From NCBI GenBank assembly GCA_018400255.1, contig JAGYMO010000283.1, forward strand, positions 1 to 32,094: DNA of 32,094 bases. The letters are read 5' to 3'. Under the pieces are notes generated by a model. That model worked only from the letters and a program-made list of their open reading frames with translations, was not told the DNA's origin and made no database searches. The first letter of the stretch is position 1; each line of letters starts with the position of its first letter. The translations under genes and the position numbers were made by a program. Shown here piece by piece: positions 1 to 11,612 of the stretch. The DNA is from Deltaproteobacteria bacterium. Its GTDB lineage: Bacteria > Desulfobacterota > DSM-4660 > Desulfatiglandales > B25-G16.

Positions 1-372
1 ATCCTTTCCAATATAAGGTAAAATGTCTTATTTAAATGGGTGACTTAAATAGTTGCGGCTATAATTTTTTTACACTTTAAAATGATTATGGCGCCGATGG
101 TGATATATTTCCAGTTATAAATAGATCAAAAACCCCCAACATTTTTATTACATTGTTATACGGAATGTTTAATAAAATTTTTTGAATACAATCAAGGTAT
201 TTAATAACCTTGGTTAGCGGATAGATACCTATACGTATATCCAGCTTCATAAGAGAATAGTGCCAAAAAATCAAAGGCGTTTATTATTGTTCCGTATAAC
301 CTAGGAATGTTTGTTGACATTACATTTAAAATTACATATTTATAAAAAAACTAATGGTAAAAGACTTTCACG

Positions 373-900
373 GTGGAATATAGAATATTAAAGAAAATTT
401 CCGAAGAAACTATATCTAAAAAGGTTGAGGAGATTGCTCAAAATATAAGTTCGGATTATAAAGATAAAGAGCCAGTCCTTATAGGCATATTAAATGGATG
501 TTTTATCTTTATGGCAGACCTTATTAGAAAAATATCCATACCACTAGAGTTAGACTTTGTAAGGTTGGCCAGCTATGGGTCAAACAGTGCATCAAGCGGC
601 CGTATAAGATTAACAAAAGATGTTGAGTTATTAATTAGGGGCAAGCCGGTAATAATTGTAGAAGATATTGTTGATACAGGGCTCACATTATCTTATTTAA
701 TCAAGCATATTGAGAAAAAAGCGCCTGAATCAATAAAGGTATGCACGTTGATAAATAAGGTCGAACGAAGGTATAAGGAAGTGGTCATAGATTATCAAGG
801 GTTCGATCTAAAGGAAGGTTTCTTGGTTGGCTATGGGCTAGATTATGGCGAGAACTATCGATATTTACCATATATCCTTAGCTTAAAAATTGAAGACTAA
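373..900 (+). CDS. hpt: Hypoxanthine phosphoribosyltransferase
   Basis: GTG start. PRTase motifs ILNGCFIFMADL, VIIVEDIVDTGLTL (PRPP loop) and FLVGYGLDY...YRYLPYI. Confidence 0.96.
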   Translation: MEYRILKKISEETISKKVEEIAQNISSDYKDKEPVLIGILNGCFIFMADLIRKISIPLELDFVRLASYGSNSASSGRIRLTKDVELLIRGKPVIIVEDIVDTGLTLSYLIKHIEKKAPESIKVCTLINKVERRYKEVVIDYQGFDLKEGFLVGYGLDYGENYRYLPYILSLKIED

Positions 901-916
901 CCGAAGGAGGATGCAC

Positions 917-1891
917 ATGATAGTTAGATGCGAGAAATGCAAAACCAAATTTTCAGTGGATGAAAATCTTATAAAGAAAACTGGTTCCAAGGTTAGATGT
1001 TCTGTTTGTAAACATGTTTTTACTGTTTTTCCTCCAACTGAAAAGGTGCAGGTTGAAAAACCACCATTAGATGAGGCTGAGGAAAGTCAGATGAATAAAA
1101 AATTAGCTGAGGACCTTGAAAAAACCCTTATTAATGAAATCGAGGATGATATTGCCCAAGAAGAAAAAATCGAGCCTATTTCAATTGACGAGCTGCCTGA
1201 CTTGGATAAACCGCATGAAGAGCTAAGAAAAGAAACTGACATTGATAAAGCCATATACCATGAAAGAGATGAGAAAAAGGCTGAAAAAGATGAGACATCA
1301 AGCAAGGTGCAAGCCCCAGAAGATGAGTCTGACCTTAATAAGCCACCTGAAATTATAAAGAAGAAACGAAGATCAGGGTTATTGGCTGTTATATTTCTTT
1401 TAGTTTTATTAATTGCCGGGGCTGTGGCTACTTTACTAATCACTAAACCAGACTTTCTTTTTAAGAAAACCCCCCCCCAACAACAACCTGTTGATATGGG
1501 AAATACAAGGCTTGCCTTTAAGGATATAACAGGTTTCTTTAAGGAGTCGGATAAAGTGGGTAGGCTATTTATTATTAAAGGCATGGTAGTAAATAACTAC
1601 CCGGAAAGCAGGGGTTTTATTAGGATAAGATCAAACATATTAGATTCAAGTGGAAAGATAGTGGTAACTAAGACAGTCTATGCGGGCAACCCTTTGACCG
1701 ATGATGAACTGATTTCACTTTCCATGAAAGAAATAAATGCGCTGTTAATGAATAAGTTAGGAAAAGCCAAAATGAACGTGAACATATCGCCACAGTCTTC
1801 TATACCATTTACAGTTGTTTTTGATTCCCTGCCGAATGATATGAACGAATTTACAGTGGAAGCGGTTAGCTCCTTTCCGTCTGGAAAGTAG
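917..1891 (+). CDS. Zinc-ribbon (MJ0042-type finger) / DUF3426 single-pass membrane protein
   Basis: N-terminal CEKC...KVRCSVC, an acidic linker, KKKRR followed by one TM helix, and a periplasmic C-terminal domain. Start moved to ATG 917 because AAGGAGG lies at 904-910. Confidence 0.85.
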   Translation: MIVRCEKCKTKFSVDENLIKKTGSKVRCSVCKHVFTVFPPTEKVQVEKPPLDEAEESQMNKKLAEDLEKTLINEIEDDIAQEEKIEPISIDELPDLDKPHEELRKETDIDKAIYHERDEKKAEKDETSSKVQAPEDESDLNKPPEIIKKKRRSGLLAVIFLLVLLIAGAVATLLITKPDFLFKKTPPQQQPVDMGNTRLAFKDITGFFKESDKVGRLFIIKGMVVNNYPESRGFIRIRSNILDSSGKIVVTKTVYAGNPLTDDELISLSMKEINALLMNKLGKAKMNVNISPQSSIPFTVVFDSLPNDMNEFTVEAVSSFPSGK

Positions 1892-2327
1892 GACGGAATA
1901 AAAGCCTTTATCTTCAAAACTATTTTGACATTACTATGTAATAAAAATGTTGAAAAATAGCTGGGTTTATCTTTAAAAACACCATATTTTTTTATTCTCA
2001 TCATACTCTTAACAGATCTACGGATACAATAATACAAGAAGTTGCTATATCTTTAGAATTACGGTAGCTATCTTTATGTCTTTCCATAACAGACAGCGAT
2101 TAGTTTTTTCGAGGCCTCGAATTAAAGGCAATACATTTTTTGAGTATATAGTAGCATGCCCTTAGGCCAGAAAATTTTTCAGGAGATACATAGATTTACT
2201 TTTACCTTAAACGATTTGGCTGCTAAAAATGATTAATGTTTTAACCTTTTAAATGAATTATATAAATGACTTTCAGACCACTAGTATATAGATAAGGTAC
2301 ATAAATTATTAAGAGTACAAAGGAAAT

Positions 2328-3608
2328 ATGATGCTTGACATAAAATTTGTGCGTTCAAATATTGACAAGGTAATGGAGATGTTGAATCGAAGAGGTTATG
2401 ATCTTGATCTTTCAGGGTTTAAGGCTCTGGATGAAAAGAGAAGATCTATCTTGACAAACCTTGAAAAATTTAGAAATCAACGTAATACCGTTTCTGATAC
2501 AATAGCCTCTATGAGAAAGAGTGGAGAAGATGCTAAGACTCTCATTTCAGATATGAAGGATCTTTCAAAAAAAATCAAGGATATAGAAGCGGATATTCCG
2601 GCTGTTGAAGATGAGCTAAACAAGCTTTTAATGGTTATCCCAAATCTTCCTCATAAATCAGTGGTCTTTGGAGAAAGCTCCGATGATAACCCAGTCTTAA
2701 GGGAGTGGGGGGATATAAAAGATTTTGACTTTGAACCACTACAACACTGGGAAATTGGAGAGAGATTGAATATTCTTGATTTTTCGAGGGCGGCGAAGAT
2801 TGCAAGGAGTCGATTTTCCCTGCAAAAAGGATTAGGTGCAAGATTGGAGAGGGCAATGATTAATTTCATGCTCGATATTCATACTAGGTATCATAATTAT
2901 AAAGAGATTTTGCCGCCATTCCTTGTTAATACAGAGAGCATGACCGGGACGGGTCAGCTTCCTAAATTCAGTGACGATTTATTTAAGGTTGAAGGCTGGG
3001 ATCTTTTTCTTATACCCACTGCGGAGGTGCCGGTAACGAATATCCATCGAAATGAGATATTATCATCCGATGAGCTTCCTATCAAATATGTTTCTTATAC
3101 GCCATGCTTCAGGTCAGAAGCGGGCTCATATGGTAAGGATACAAGAGGCCTCGTTAGACAACATCAATTTAACAAGGTAGAACTGGTAAAATTTTGTCTG
3201 CCCGAGGATTCAGACCGCGAGCTGGAATTATTGACTGAAGATGCGGAGGAAATATTGCAGCGGTTAGAGCTTCCATACAGGGTAGTATCCCTTTGCACGG
3301 GGGATCTGGGTTTTTCCTCTGCAAAAACCTACGATATTGAGGTTTGGCTTCCTGGCCAAAGATTATTCAGGGAAATATCTTCCTGCAGTACCTTTACGGA
3401 TTTTCAGGCACGAAGGGCTAACATACGCTTCAGGAGAAAAAAGGGAAAGGGAAATGAGTTTGTTCACACGCTTAATGGCTCAGGCTTAGCTGTTGGCAGA
3501 ACGCTCGTAGCACTACTTGAGAATTATCAACAGGCTGATGGAAGTGTTGTTATCCCGGAGGAGTTGAGGCCTTATATGGATAATGTGTCTATTATAAAGC
3601 CTAGTTAG
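2328..3608 (+). CDS. serS: Serine--tRNA ligase
   Basis: Motifs [46 protein letters not shown] and [13 protein letters not shown]. Confidence 0.98.
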   Translation: MMLDIKFVRSNIDKVMEMLNRRGYDLDLSGFKALDEKRRSILTNLEKFRNQRNTVSDTIASMRKSGEDAKTLISDMKDLSKKIKDIEADIPAVEDELNKLLMVIPNLPHKSVVFGESSDDNPVLREWGDIKDFDFEPLQHWEIGERLNILDFSRAAKIARSRFSLQKGLGARLERAMINFMLDIHTRYHNYKEILPPFLVNTESMTGTGQLPKFSDDLFKVEGWDLFLIPTAEVPVTNIHRNEILSSDELPIKYVSYTPCFRSEAGSYGKDTRGLVRQHQFNKVELVKFCLPEDSDRELELLTEDAEEILQRLELPYRVVSLCTGDLGFSSAKTYDIEVWLPGQRLFREISSCSTFTDFQARRANIRFRRKKGKGNEFVHTLNGSGLAVGRTLVALLENYQQADGSVVIPEELRPYMDNVSIIKPS

Positions 3609-3696
3609 ATTGTGACAAAAAATACTAAAAGTACCATAAACTTAATAAAAGCTGATAGATGGTGTATCATTCTTAAAGCCTACAGGAGCAATTGCG

Positions 3697-4941
3697 ATGG
3701 TTGATATGAATATAATCCACAGTAAAATTGATAGTTTCAGAGATGAAATGATTGAAATGCAGAGAGAACTTACCGCACGACCTGCATTAGGTCCTTTAAA
3801 TGGGGGAACTGGAGAACACGATAAGGCTGATTTTGCCAAAAAGCAGCTTGTTGCTCTAAGGCCTGACAACCTTCTTGAAATTAATGCCCCTGATAAACTT
3901 GCAGCTAATGGGTATAGACCCAATTTAGTTGCCACCTGGAATGGTACCAGGGAAGGAAGAAATGTATGGATACTCAGTCACCTGGATATTGTGCCACCAG
4001 GAGATCTTTCATTATGGAAAACTGATCCATATAAAATGGTAGTTGAAGGCGATACAATAATTGGCAGGGGCGTTGAGGATAATCAGCATGGAATGGTAAG
4101 CTCTTACTTCTCATTAAAGGCCATTATTGATTTAAATGTTCAATTTTCAGGAAAGATCAACCTTGCCTTTGTTGCTGATGAAGAAACAGGAAGCAGATTC
4201 GGCTTAGAGTATCTTGTTAGAGAGAAAAAGGAACTTTTCTCCGAGGATGATCTTATAATTGTTCCGGACGGAGGCAATGATGAAGGAACTATGATAGAGA
4301 TAGCAGAGAAGGCAATGCTCTGGCTAAAATTTACTGTTAAAGGTGTTCAATGCCACGCAAGCACGCCTGAGAAGGGTAAAAACAGCCTTTTTGCTATGGC
4401 AATGCTAATTTTAGAAATGGGCAAGCTAAAGGAAAAATTCAATATTAAAGATCCTGTCTTTAGACCAGAGGAATCAACATTTGAACCAACAAAGGTAGAA
4501 GCCAATGTCCCTAATGTGAATACTATTCCTGGCAGAGATGTTTTTTATTTAGACTGCCGTATTTTACCAGACTATACGGTAGATGACATTATCGAAGAGG
4601 CAACAAAAATAAGCAAGAACCTTGAAACAAACCTTGATTTACAGATAGACATTGAGCCAATACACAGACAGGACGCAGCGCCGTCAACGCCAGCGGATTC
4701 TCCGGTAGTTGCTATCCTTGAAGATGCAATCGAAAGGGTGACTGGTCTAAAGGCAAAGCCTATGGGAATTGGCGGAGGTACAGTGGCAGCATTCTTTAGA
4801 AATGCTGGTTTACCAGCGGCTGTATGGTCCACTACGTCACCTACTGCACATCAACCAAACGAATATTGCTCGATAAAAAACCTGATTAGTGATGCCAAGG
4901 TTATGTCAACGGTATTTCTTAATGACGAAAAGAGTTCGTAG
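3697..4941 (+). CDS. M20 family metallohydrolase (ArgE/DapE-like)
   Basis: Metal-ligand motifs SHLDIVPPG, GRGVEDN, ADEETGS, HASTP, NTIP, GGGT and AHQPNE. Confidence 0.9.
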   Translation: MVDMNIIHSKIDSFRDEMIEMQRELTARPALGPLNGGTGEHDKADFAKKQLVALRPDNLLEINAPDKLAANGYRPNLVATWNGTREGRNVWILSHLDIVPPGDLSLWKTDPYKMVVEGDTIIGRGVEDNQHGMVSSYFSLKAIIDLNVQFSGKINLAFVADEETGSRFGLEYLVREKKELFSEDDLIIVPDGGNDEGTMIEIAEKAMLWLKFTVKGVQCHASTPEKGKNSLFAMAMLILEMGKLKEKFNIKDPVFRPEESTFEPTKVEANVPNVNTIPGRDVFYLDCRILPDYTVDDIIEEATKISKNLETNLDLQIDIEPIHRQDAAPSTPADSPVVAILEDAIERVTGLKAKPMGIGGGTVAAFFRNAGLPAAVWSTTSPTAHQPNEYCSIKNLISDAKVMSTVFLNDEKSS

Positions 4942-5052
4942 ACAAGTAAAAAGAGTAAATATTTCGAAAAAAGTCTTTCTGATGTTTGAATGTTATAGTT
5001 TCTAATGGAGCAGCTAAAAGATTGCCAAATTAGTCCTGCTTTTTGAATGAAT

Positions 5053-6669
5053 TTATTCAACCTTTTCAAGGCCTGGGGCCTTGATCCCTCGTCGCTCCAA
5101 AAGAGAACCTTCCAGGCGGTAAAACTGAATAAGCGCCTTAAGATAGTCTACTACTGATTGTACTTCGTTTATTTTACTAAGCAGAAGATCACGCTGTGCC
5201 TGCGCCACAAAGAAGTTGGTGGAATGACCTACCCGGAATTTTTCAGCTTCAACTCTAAGCTTTTCCTCTTCAAACCTTCTAGTAGCAGTGCTTGCCGATA
5301 TTTGCTCCCTTGTTCGATTAACCTCGATATAGGCATTTCGAATGTCAAGCTCAATTAACTGTGTGAGGTTGTTTAATGCCATCTCTGCTTGATCACGGCG
5401 GAGCAATGACCTTTGGTGCTGCGCCCTTGCATCACGGTTAAATAGAGGATATTCCAGATTGACACCTATCATCACATCATAGTTTTCCTCAGAGATATCA
5501 TTAGCAGAGTTTACAAAGGAGTCAGAATACCCGGTTTTTCCCAGGGAGATAAAGAGATCCATCCGCGGTAGAAGCCCGTTTTTTGTGCGAACTATTTCAA
5601 GGTCCTTCTGTTTAATTTCTAGTTTCGCCTGATTAATCTCTGGACGTATGCTGGTAGCTAACGATACATGTGATTGAACTTCATCAAGTTCTATGTTTGG
5701 TAGAACAGGGGGATGAACCAAAATGACATCTCTGCTCCAGAGCGAATCACCTAATGGGTTAAGTAACCCGAGCAATTTAAGCCTTGCAGATTCCTGCAGA
5801 CTTCTGGCATTGATTAGTTCCTGTTGCTGGGAAGCCAATTCAGCCTGTAAAGCAGCAAGCTCTGCCTCTGCCATGGTACCTACCTTTATCATCTCTTCAG
5901 TCTCGGCAATCTGCTGCTTTGCGAGCTTTACTGATTCCAGTACAATCTCGATCTGACGCCGGGAAAGGGCATAATCCCAGTAGGCAGTTTCAACCTGTGC
6001 TACCAATGCCTCGCTAAATCCCCGGAGTTCGTATTGGGATATGTCAGTGTCAATTTGCGATTGACGAAGCTGGGCCAGATTAACCTCTGATCCGAATCCA
6101 CGAAGCAGTGACTGGGTGACAGATAGGCCCAAGCGGGTTGATGAAAAGGTTTTGTGATATAAATCAGAATCTGTGGCCTCAACAATAGCATCCGCCTCAA
6201 GAAAGGTACCTGTGGAAAAGAATTTCTTGAGCGAGAGAATTCCCTCATAGGTATTACTGGTTGAATGGCCGCTGTACCCTTCAGGTTGCTTTAACAGTTC
6301 AGCTTTGCTTCTAAGGCCGGAAATTTCAGCTGCTATAGTTGAGTCAAATTCGGCACGTAGTTGCTGCTCAAAGGTTTTTTGAATAAATGGATTCATCTTT
6401 TCCACTGAGAGTGAGCGGTTGTTCTCCAATGCTATGAGTATGGCCTTCGTTGGTGTTATTTTTATTGGCCCTTTTTCCGGTATGTTCAGGGTTTGACTAT
6501 TTTTAGGTTTGATCTCAGCCGATACGTAACTATACTTTGAAGGATAAATAGTAGATGAAATTTTTTCCGGTGTGGTCGATAATTTTTTTGTGGTTACACA
6601 GGATAGTGTTGAAACTAAAAAACTCGCAATAATTACCGCAGATGCGCTTTTAAACAGTAAAATAGACAT
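5053..6669 (-). CDS. TolC family outer membrane efflux lipoprotein
   Basis: Lipobox-like LSC near residue 24, ALENN motif, two OEP-like helical repeats. The ATG overlaps the RND stop (TAATG). Confidence 0.92.
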   Translation of the reverse strand: MSILLFKSASAVIIASFLVSTLSCVTTKKLSTTPEKISSTIYPSKYSYVSAEIKPKNSQTLNIPEKGPIKITPTKAILIALENNRSLSVEKMNPFIQKTFEQQLRAEFDSTIAAEISGLRSKAELLKQPEGYSGHSTSNTYEGILSLKKFFSTGTFLEADAIVEATDSDLYHKTFSSTRLGLSVTQSLLRGFGSEVNLAQLRQSQIDTDISQYELRGFSEALVAQVETAYWDYALSRRQIEIVLESVKLAKQQIAETEEMIKVGTMAEAELAALQAELASQQQELINARSLQESARLKLLGLLNPLGDSLWSRDVILVHPPVLPNIELDEVQSHVSLATSIRPEINQAKLEIKQKDLEIVRTKNGLLPRMDLFISLGKTGYSDSFVNSANDISEENYDVMIGVNLEYPLFNRDARAQHQRSLLRRDQAEMALNNLTQLIELDIRNAYIEVNRTREQISASTATRRFEEEKLRVEAEKFRVGHSTNFFVAQAQRDLLLSKINEVQSVVDYLKALIQFYRLEGSLLERRGIKAPGLEKVE

Positions 6670-9600
6670 TATTTCATCTCCTTACCGCTGGTATTTTTGA
6701 GCAAATGTTCAGTCTCATGTTTACTGCTGCTATCGTGCTCTTTTATTTTCTTTCGCTCAAAAAGTGCATAGATGGTGGGGACGACTAAAAGTGTAATCAA
6801 ATTAGAACTTAACAGGCCTCCTATGATTGCCCTTGCCATAGGGGCCTGGGCTTCACCTCCCTCACCTATGCCAACAGCCAAAGGTGTCATTGCCAACATG
6901 GTGGTTGTTGAAGTCATCAGGATTGGTCGCAGTCGTCTTCTGCCTGCCTCCATAATGGCATCTAAAGCCGGCAGACCATCTCGGCGACGCAATAAGTTGG
7001 TATGGTCCACCAGCAATATCGCATTGTTTACTACAATGCCCCCTAGCATTATACACCCGATAAAGGATTGGATATTGAAGGTCGTGTTTGTTAGAAAGAG
7101 CATAAGTATAACACCTATAGCGGCAAGGGGTACGGAAAACATCACCACAAAAGGATATTTCAGGGATTCGTATAGAGATGCCATCACCATATATACCAGG
7201 ATAAGGGCTAGCACAAAACCTATAAAGAGCTCCCGAAAGGATTTTTGCTGCTCTTCATAGTCTCCTCCAAAGAGGATACTGAAATCTATAGGTATGGGTA
7301 GTGATTTAAGGCCTTCCCTTATATCACTCAAAACGGATCCCATATCCCTCCCGCTTATATTAGCTGTAACGTAAGTCACGCGCTCTTGATCTTTGCGTTC
7401 TATAAGGACAGGCCCTTGTCTGGGGTGAACATTTACGACATTTCGGAGCACGACCTTTGCCCCATCTGCATTGGTAATAGGGAGGTCAAGGATTTCTTGA
7501 AGGCTCTTTTTTTCTGCTTCCTCAATTTTTACCCTGATTGTATATTCATCCCCCCCCTCCCGGTAGTATCCTGCACGTGTCCCGGAAATAACTGTTTGAA
7601 GCATGTTGGCAATCTTAGACACCGTTAACCTCATGTCAGCCGCCTTCTGCCTATCCACTACAATAAGCTCTTCCGGGGTTCCAGTCTCCCGGCTTATCTT
7701 TGTATCGGTCACGCCTTCCGTGTTCCTTATCACTTCCTCAACACGGCGAGCGAGTATGTCTGATGTTTCAAGGTTATGTCCACGCACTTCGATCTGGACT
7801 TTTTCATCTTCTCCTGTGCCCATTCGAAGCAAAAAAAGCCCTTGCCCTGCACGAGTTCGGACTTCAACGCCGGGAATATCCGTGAGTCTTTTACGCAGGA
7901 TCGCTGCAATCTCCTCGCTGGAGCGATCTCTTTCCTTGATAGGTTTGAGTGCAATTCGCATTTCACCTGTGTTGGAACCCCTTGCACGCCACGTAGAGCC
8001 ACCAATGTATGCTACTGTATTTTTAATTTCCGGGACCTCCTGTTCGACTATGGCCTCGATCTTCCGAAAGCTTTTATTTAAAAAATCAAGCCGTGTGCCT
8101 ACGGCCATCTCCGCGGAAACCCTTACTTCACTTTCATCTGAGCTAGGCATTAGCTCAACTCCTACCAAGGGAATTAAAAAAAGACTGCCCAGGAGCATTA
8201 AAAATGCACCCCCTAATGTCAATATCCTGTGATGAAGGGCAAAGTTGAGAATACTTTTGTATTCATTTTCAAGCCAGGCAAACCATTCTCCTGTTGAATG
8301 TAAAAATTTTTTACCTTTATAAGAGCCATTATTTGAATTACCATTTACAGGTGCCCTTACCTGGCTGGTAAGCATGGGCAAAAGCGAAAGGGCGACAAGC
8401 AAAGAGCAGCCTAAAGAAAAGCTCACGACGTAAGAGAGCTGCTTAAACATAATTCCAGACATCCCCCTCATAAAGATGAGAGGTAAAAAGACGACTAACG
8501 TGGTTAGGGTGCTTGCAATTACTGCGGCTATTACCTCTTGACTTCCTTCAACAGCGGCGGATTTAGGGTCTTTACCCGTCTCTCTCAGCCGATAGATATT
8601 TTCAAGTACTACAATAGCGTTATCTACCAGCATACCTATACCAAGCGCAAGGCCTCCTAAGGTCATCAGATTCAATGTAAAGCCGCCAAAATACATTAAT
8701 GCAAAGGTTGCAACCATAGATATAGGGATCGTAACTGCAATAATGGCTGTGCTGAGTATATTTCTCAAGAAAAGCAGGAGGACGAATACAGCTAAAATTC
8801 CACCGTAGAGAATTGTTGTGCCCACATTAGTTATGGATCTTTTAATGTAATCCGAGCTGTCAATAATGGGGATAATATTGAGCTGAGGTATGTCTTTGTT
8901 GATTTGTTCAATCTCTTTTAGCACCTTCGTTGCTACATCAACCGTGTTTTTCCCCGATTGTTTGCTTATTGATAGACGAAGGCCAGGATTGCCATTTACC
9001 CTGACAATTCGGGTTACCTTTTCCCAGGCATCCTTTACGGTTGCGATCTCTTTCAGTTGGATCGGGACTCCTTCCCGCATTGCAACTACAGTATTTTCCA
9101 GTTCATTTAGATTAGTGTAAACGCCCGGCGTTCGGATAGTTATATCAAGTGCCCCTTGTTCTATGGTGCCGGCAGGAAGATTGATATTCTCCTCCTTGAG
9201 ACGCGTTAAAAGCTGATCTATTGGTAAATTGAGGGCTTTTATCTTTTCTGCGTTCAGGTTGACATGGATTTCCCGATCAAGCCCACCCCTGATATCTAAA
9301 GACGCTACTCCGGGGATACGCTCTATACGGTTTTTAACCTGATTGTCTATTATTCTTCTTATTTGTATGGGGTCTAAATTGCTGGATACTCCCATTATTA
9401 GTATAGGGAAGGCTGCAAGGTCAAATTTCCTGAGTCTTGGTTTTTCTGCATCTTCAGGTAGCAGCGGGGTTACGCGATCCAGCCGGTCCCGGATGTCATT
9501 GGCAGCCTCATCTAAATTTGAGCCCCATGTGAAAAGAACCCGAACATTGCTTTGACCCTCAGCAGAGACCGATGTAACCTGCTCGACTCCCGGCACAGCG

Positions 9601-9815
9601 GCCATTGCCTCTTCTACCGGCCTTGTAATCAGCTCCTCAACCTCTTCCGGGCTGGCATTCTCATATTCAGTAGTTATGCTTACAGTAGGGTACGTTATAT
9701 CAGGCATCAGGTCGATGGAAAGCCTGGACAGGGAAATACCGCCCAAAATTATGACAATCAGAGATACCATAATTGTCAGCACTGGCCTCTGGACGGAGAA
9801 TCGGGATATGTTCAC
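6669..9815 (-). CDS. RND efflux permease (AcrB/AcrD/AcrF family)
   Basis: 1048 aa. Motifs RPV, GMLVDNAIVVLENI, GIVVNNAILLVD, RLRPILMT and IIGGL. Confidence 0.97.
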   Translation of the reverse strand: MNISRFSVQRPVLTIMVSLIVIILGGISLSRLSIDLMPDITYPTVSITTEYENASPEEVEELITRPVEEAMAAVPGVEQVTSVSAEGQSNVRVLFTWGSNLDEAANDIRDRLDRVTPLLPEDAEKPRLRKFDLAAFPILIMGVSSNLDPIQIRRIIDNQVKNRIERIPGVASLDIRGGLDREIHVNLNAEKIKALNLPIDQLLTRLKEENINLPAGTIEQGALDITIRTPGVYTNLNELENTVVAMREGVPIQLKEIATVKDAWEKVTRIVRVNGNPGLRLSISKQSGKNTVDVATKVLKEIEQINKDIPQLNIIPIIDSSDYIKRSITNVGTTILYGGILAVFVLLLFLRNILSTAIIAVTIPISMVATFALMYFGGFTLNLMTLGGLALGIGMLVDNAIVVLENIYRLRETGKDPKSAAVEGSQEVIAAVIASTLTTLVVFLPLIFMRGMSGIMFKQLSYVVSFSLGCSLLVALSLLPMLTSQVRAPVNGNSNNGSYKGKKFLHSTGEWFAWLENEYKSILNFALHHRILTLGGAFLMLLGSLFLIPLVGVELMPSSDESEVRVSAEMAVGTRLDFLNKSFRKIEAIVEQEVPEIKNTVAYIGGSTWRARGSNTGEMRIALKPIKERDRSSEEIAAILRKRLTDIPGVEVRTRAGQGLFLLRMGTGEDEKVQIEVRGHNLETSDILARRVEEVIRNTEGVTDTKISRETGTPEELIVVDRQKAADMRLTVSKIANMLQTVISGTRAGYYREGGDEYTIRVKIEEAEKKSLQEILDLPITNADGAKVVLRNVVNVHPRQGPVLIERKDQERVTYVTANISGRDMGSVLSDIREGLKSLPIPIDFSILFGGDYEEQQKSFRELFIGFVLALILVYMVMASLYESLKYPFVVMFSVPLAAIGVILMLFLTNTTFNIQSFIGCIMLGGIVVNNAILLVDHTNLLRRRDGLPALDAIMEAGRRRLRPILMTSTTTMLAMTPLAVGIGEGGEAQAPMARAIIGGLLSSNLITLLVVPTIYALFERKKIKEHDSSSKHETEHLLKNTSGKEMK

Positions 9816-11044
9816 GATTTATCTTCCCCTGTAAGCCTTTTTACCGGGCTTGTATCTTTTTCAACACCTGTTTTAGTATCAGCAGGCTTTTCCCCTGGTA
9901 TAATAATAGGGGTGCCATCTTCCAATAAATGATGCCCTAACGTTACAACCAAACCGGCGAGGGGAGGATCCAGGACCTCGGCGTGTATAGTATTCACTAT
10001 ACCAACCTTAACCGGGATAAAACGGGCTTTCTGGCTCTGGAGATCCGCCAAAAAGGCACCCTGCGCCTCACTTCTCTTTATAAGTGCTTCCACAGGGATT
10101 AAAGTAGCTTTTTCATGCTTGTCAAACTCTGTTTCAACCCTTACAAACATACCGGGTTTAAGAATCTTTTCCGGGTTCGGTATTTCAACCTCTACCCTAG
10201 CCTCTCTGGACTTTTCCTTCAAAAGGGGGGCTATTCTTATAACCCTTCCGGAGAAGGTTCGATCAGGGAAGGCGTCAGTTGAAATAATCGCCTCAAAGCC
10301 TACCTTGATTTTAGAATAGTCTCTCTCTATCACGTGAATCACTGCGATAAGTTTTTCTATATCGATGACAGATACTATCGGGGTGTTGGGTGCCAACATT
10401 GCGCCTTCATCCACAAAGCGTTCTCCTATTAGCCGAAAGCCGGTATTGTTATTTTTGGTAACATGAATTTGTGTATATGAAAGCCTTATGTCTGCCCCTT
10501 TGAGGGCGGCTGCCTTTTGAGATACATTGGCGGTAGCCACCTTTAACTTTGCCTGCTGGCTTTTGAATTCAGCCTCTGCAGCATCAAGTTGGGATTCGGA
10601 GGCGATTTTTTTCTCCCATAATGCAAAGGTCCTTTTATACTCTTTTTCCGCCTTCTCTAGGTTCGATTTGCATTCCTGAAGATTTGCCCTGGCAACCTCT
10701 AATTCAGCCTTTGCTTGTATGACCTGCTGGAGATATTCATCATCGTCAAGTTTTGCAACGAGTTGCCCGCTTTCTACTTTATCGCCTATATTGACAAATA
10801 TCTTTTCAAGTCGCCCTGAAATTTTTGGTGCCACGATAAATTCAGAAAAGGGATAAAGGGATCCTGTAAAGGTTCCAATTTCCGTTATAGTGCCTATTCT
10901 TACTGGTGCAACCTCCACCGCGACACTAACATTATGAGCAGGCCCTGGTACGTTTTTCCTGGAATTAGATACCTTTTGGTAAATTTGCCAGCCAAGAAAC
11001 ACTATTCCTGCAAGTATAAGAATGGTAAATAGAAATTTTTTCAT
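9812..11044 (-). CDS. RND periplasmic adaptor (membrane fusion protein)
   Basis: N-terminal TM anchor, PKISGRLEKIFVNIGDKVESGQ lipoyl-like motif, coiled hairpin and LKPGMF. GTGA/ATGA-type 4-nt overlap with the permease. Confidence 0.95.
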   Translation of the reverse strand: MKKFLFTILILAGIVFLGWQIYQKVSNSRKNVPGPAHNVSVAVEVAPVRIGTITEIGTFTGSLYPFSEFIVAPKISGRLEKIFVNIGDKVESGQLVAKLDDDEYLQQVIQAKAELEVARANLQECKSNLEKAEKEYKRTFALWEKKIASESQLDAAEAEFKSQQAKLKVATANVSQKAAALKGADIRLSYTQIHVTKNNNTGFRLIGERFVDEGAMLAPNTPIVSVIDIEKLIAVIHVIERDYSKIKVGFEAIISTDAFPDRTFSGRVIRIAPLLKEKSREARVEVEIPNPEKILKPGMFVRVETEFDKHEKATLIPVEALIKRSEAQGAFLADLQSQKARFIPVKVGIVNTIHAEVLDPPLAGLVVTLGHHLLEDGTPIIIPGEKPADTKTGVEKDTSPVKRLTGEDKS

Positions 11045-11612
11045 ATCGAAAACCTATAAGCCTACTAAAAATTATGTAGTGTTTTTATGTGTGCCCGGAC
11101 AAGCTTAGGTACAGAACATCATGAATTGACCAAATAGCCATCTCGACTGCTTCTTGACTTAGAAAAGGGTTAAATCACACAAGGGTACAATTAGGAAGGC
11201 CAAAATTTTTCCAAAGTTTGTAACGCTATCTTACAATGATTTTGCGTAGATGCCAAAACCTTCCAACCTTGTAAAAAAGTAAATAAAATTTTGACATGGG
11301 AAATGAGCCATAAAATGTGGATTATCTTATTCAGGATGGTCTTGGTATGAGGATTGACCTCCTTACCGAAATAATAGTGCTTAAACTATCAGCGCTCCCA
11401 TTTTTGCAAAGGAGAATAGGTAATTTATCACTATGTGTCAAGTTTAAAACAATAGCGTAAGGTGTTTGGTTAAAAATTTGTTAATAAAGTAATTCAGGTA
11501 ATATCTAAGCGTACTGGGTGTATAAAAAATTTCGTGAGGCCACCTAAGAGACATTCAAGCACAGAGAATGCATCTATAAATAAATAATAAAACCAGGTTT
11601 TTTATCGTATGA

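Noticed and set aside
1892-2327. T-box riboswitch in the long serS leader; perfect palindrome TTCGAGGCCTCGAA at 2108-2121
   Set aside because: No T-box consensus (GGTGGNACC) or terminator/antiterminator is visible. The palindrome alone supports no function.
2328-3608. serS as part of the selenium system
   Set aside because: SerRS does charge tRNA-Sec, but this is a housekeeping gene about 11.5 kb away with unrelated operons between.
11343-11358. Sigma-54-like TGGTATGAGGATTGAC
   Set aside because: The -12 element is GA rather than GC, and it points away from the RND operon with no gene downstream on that strand.
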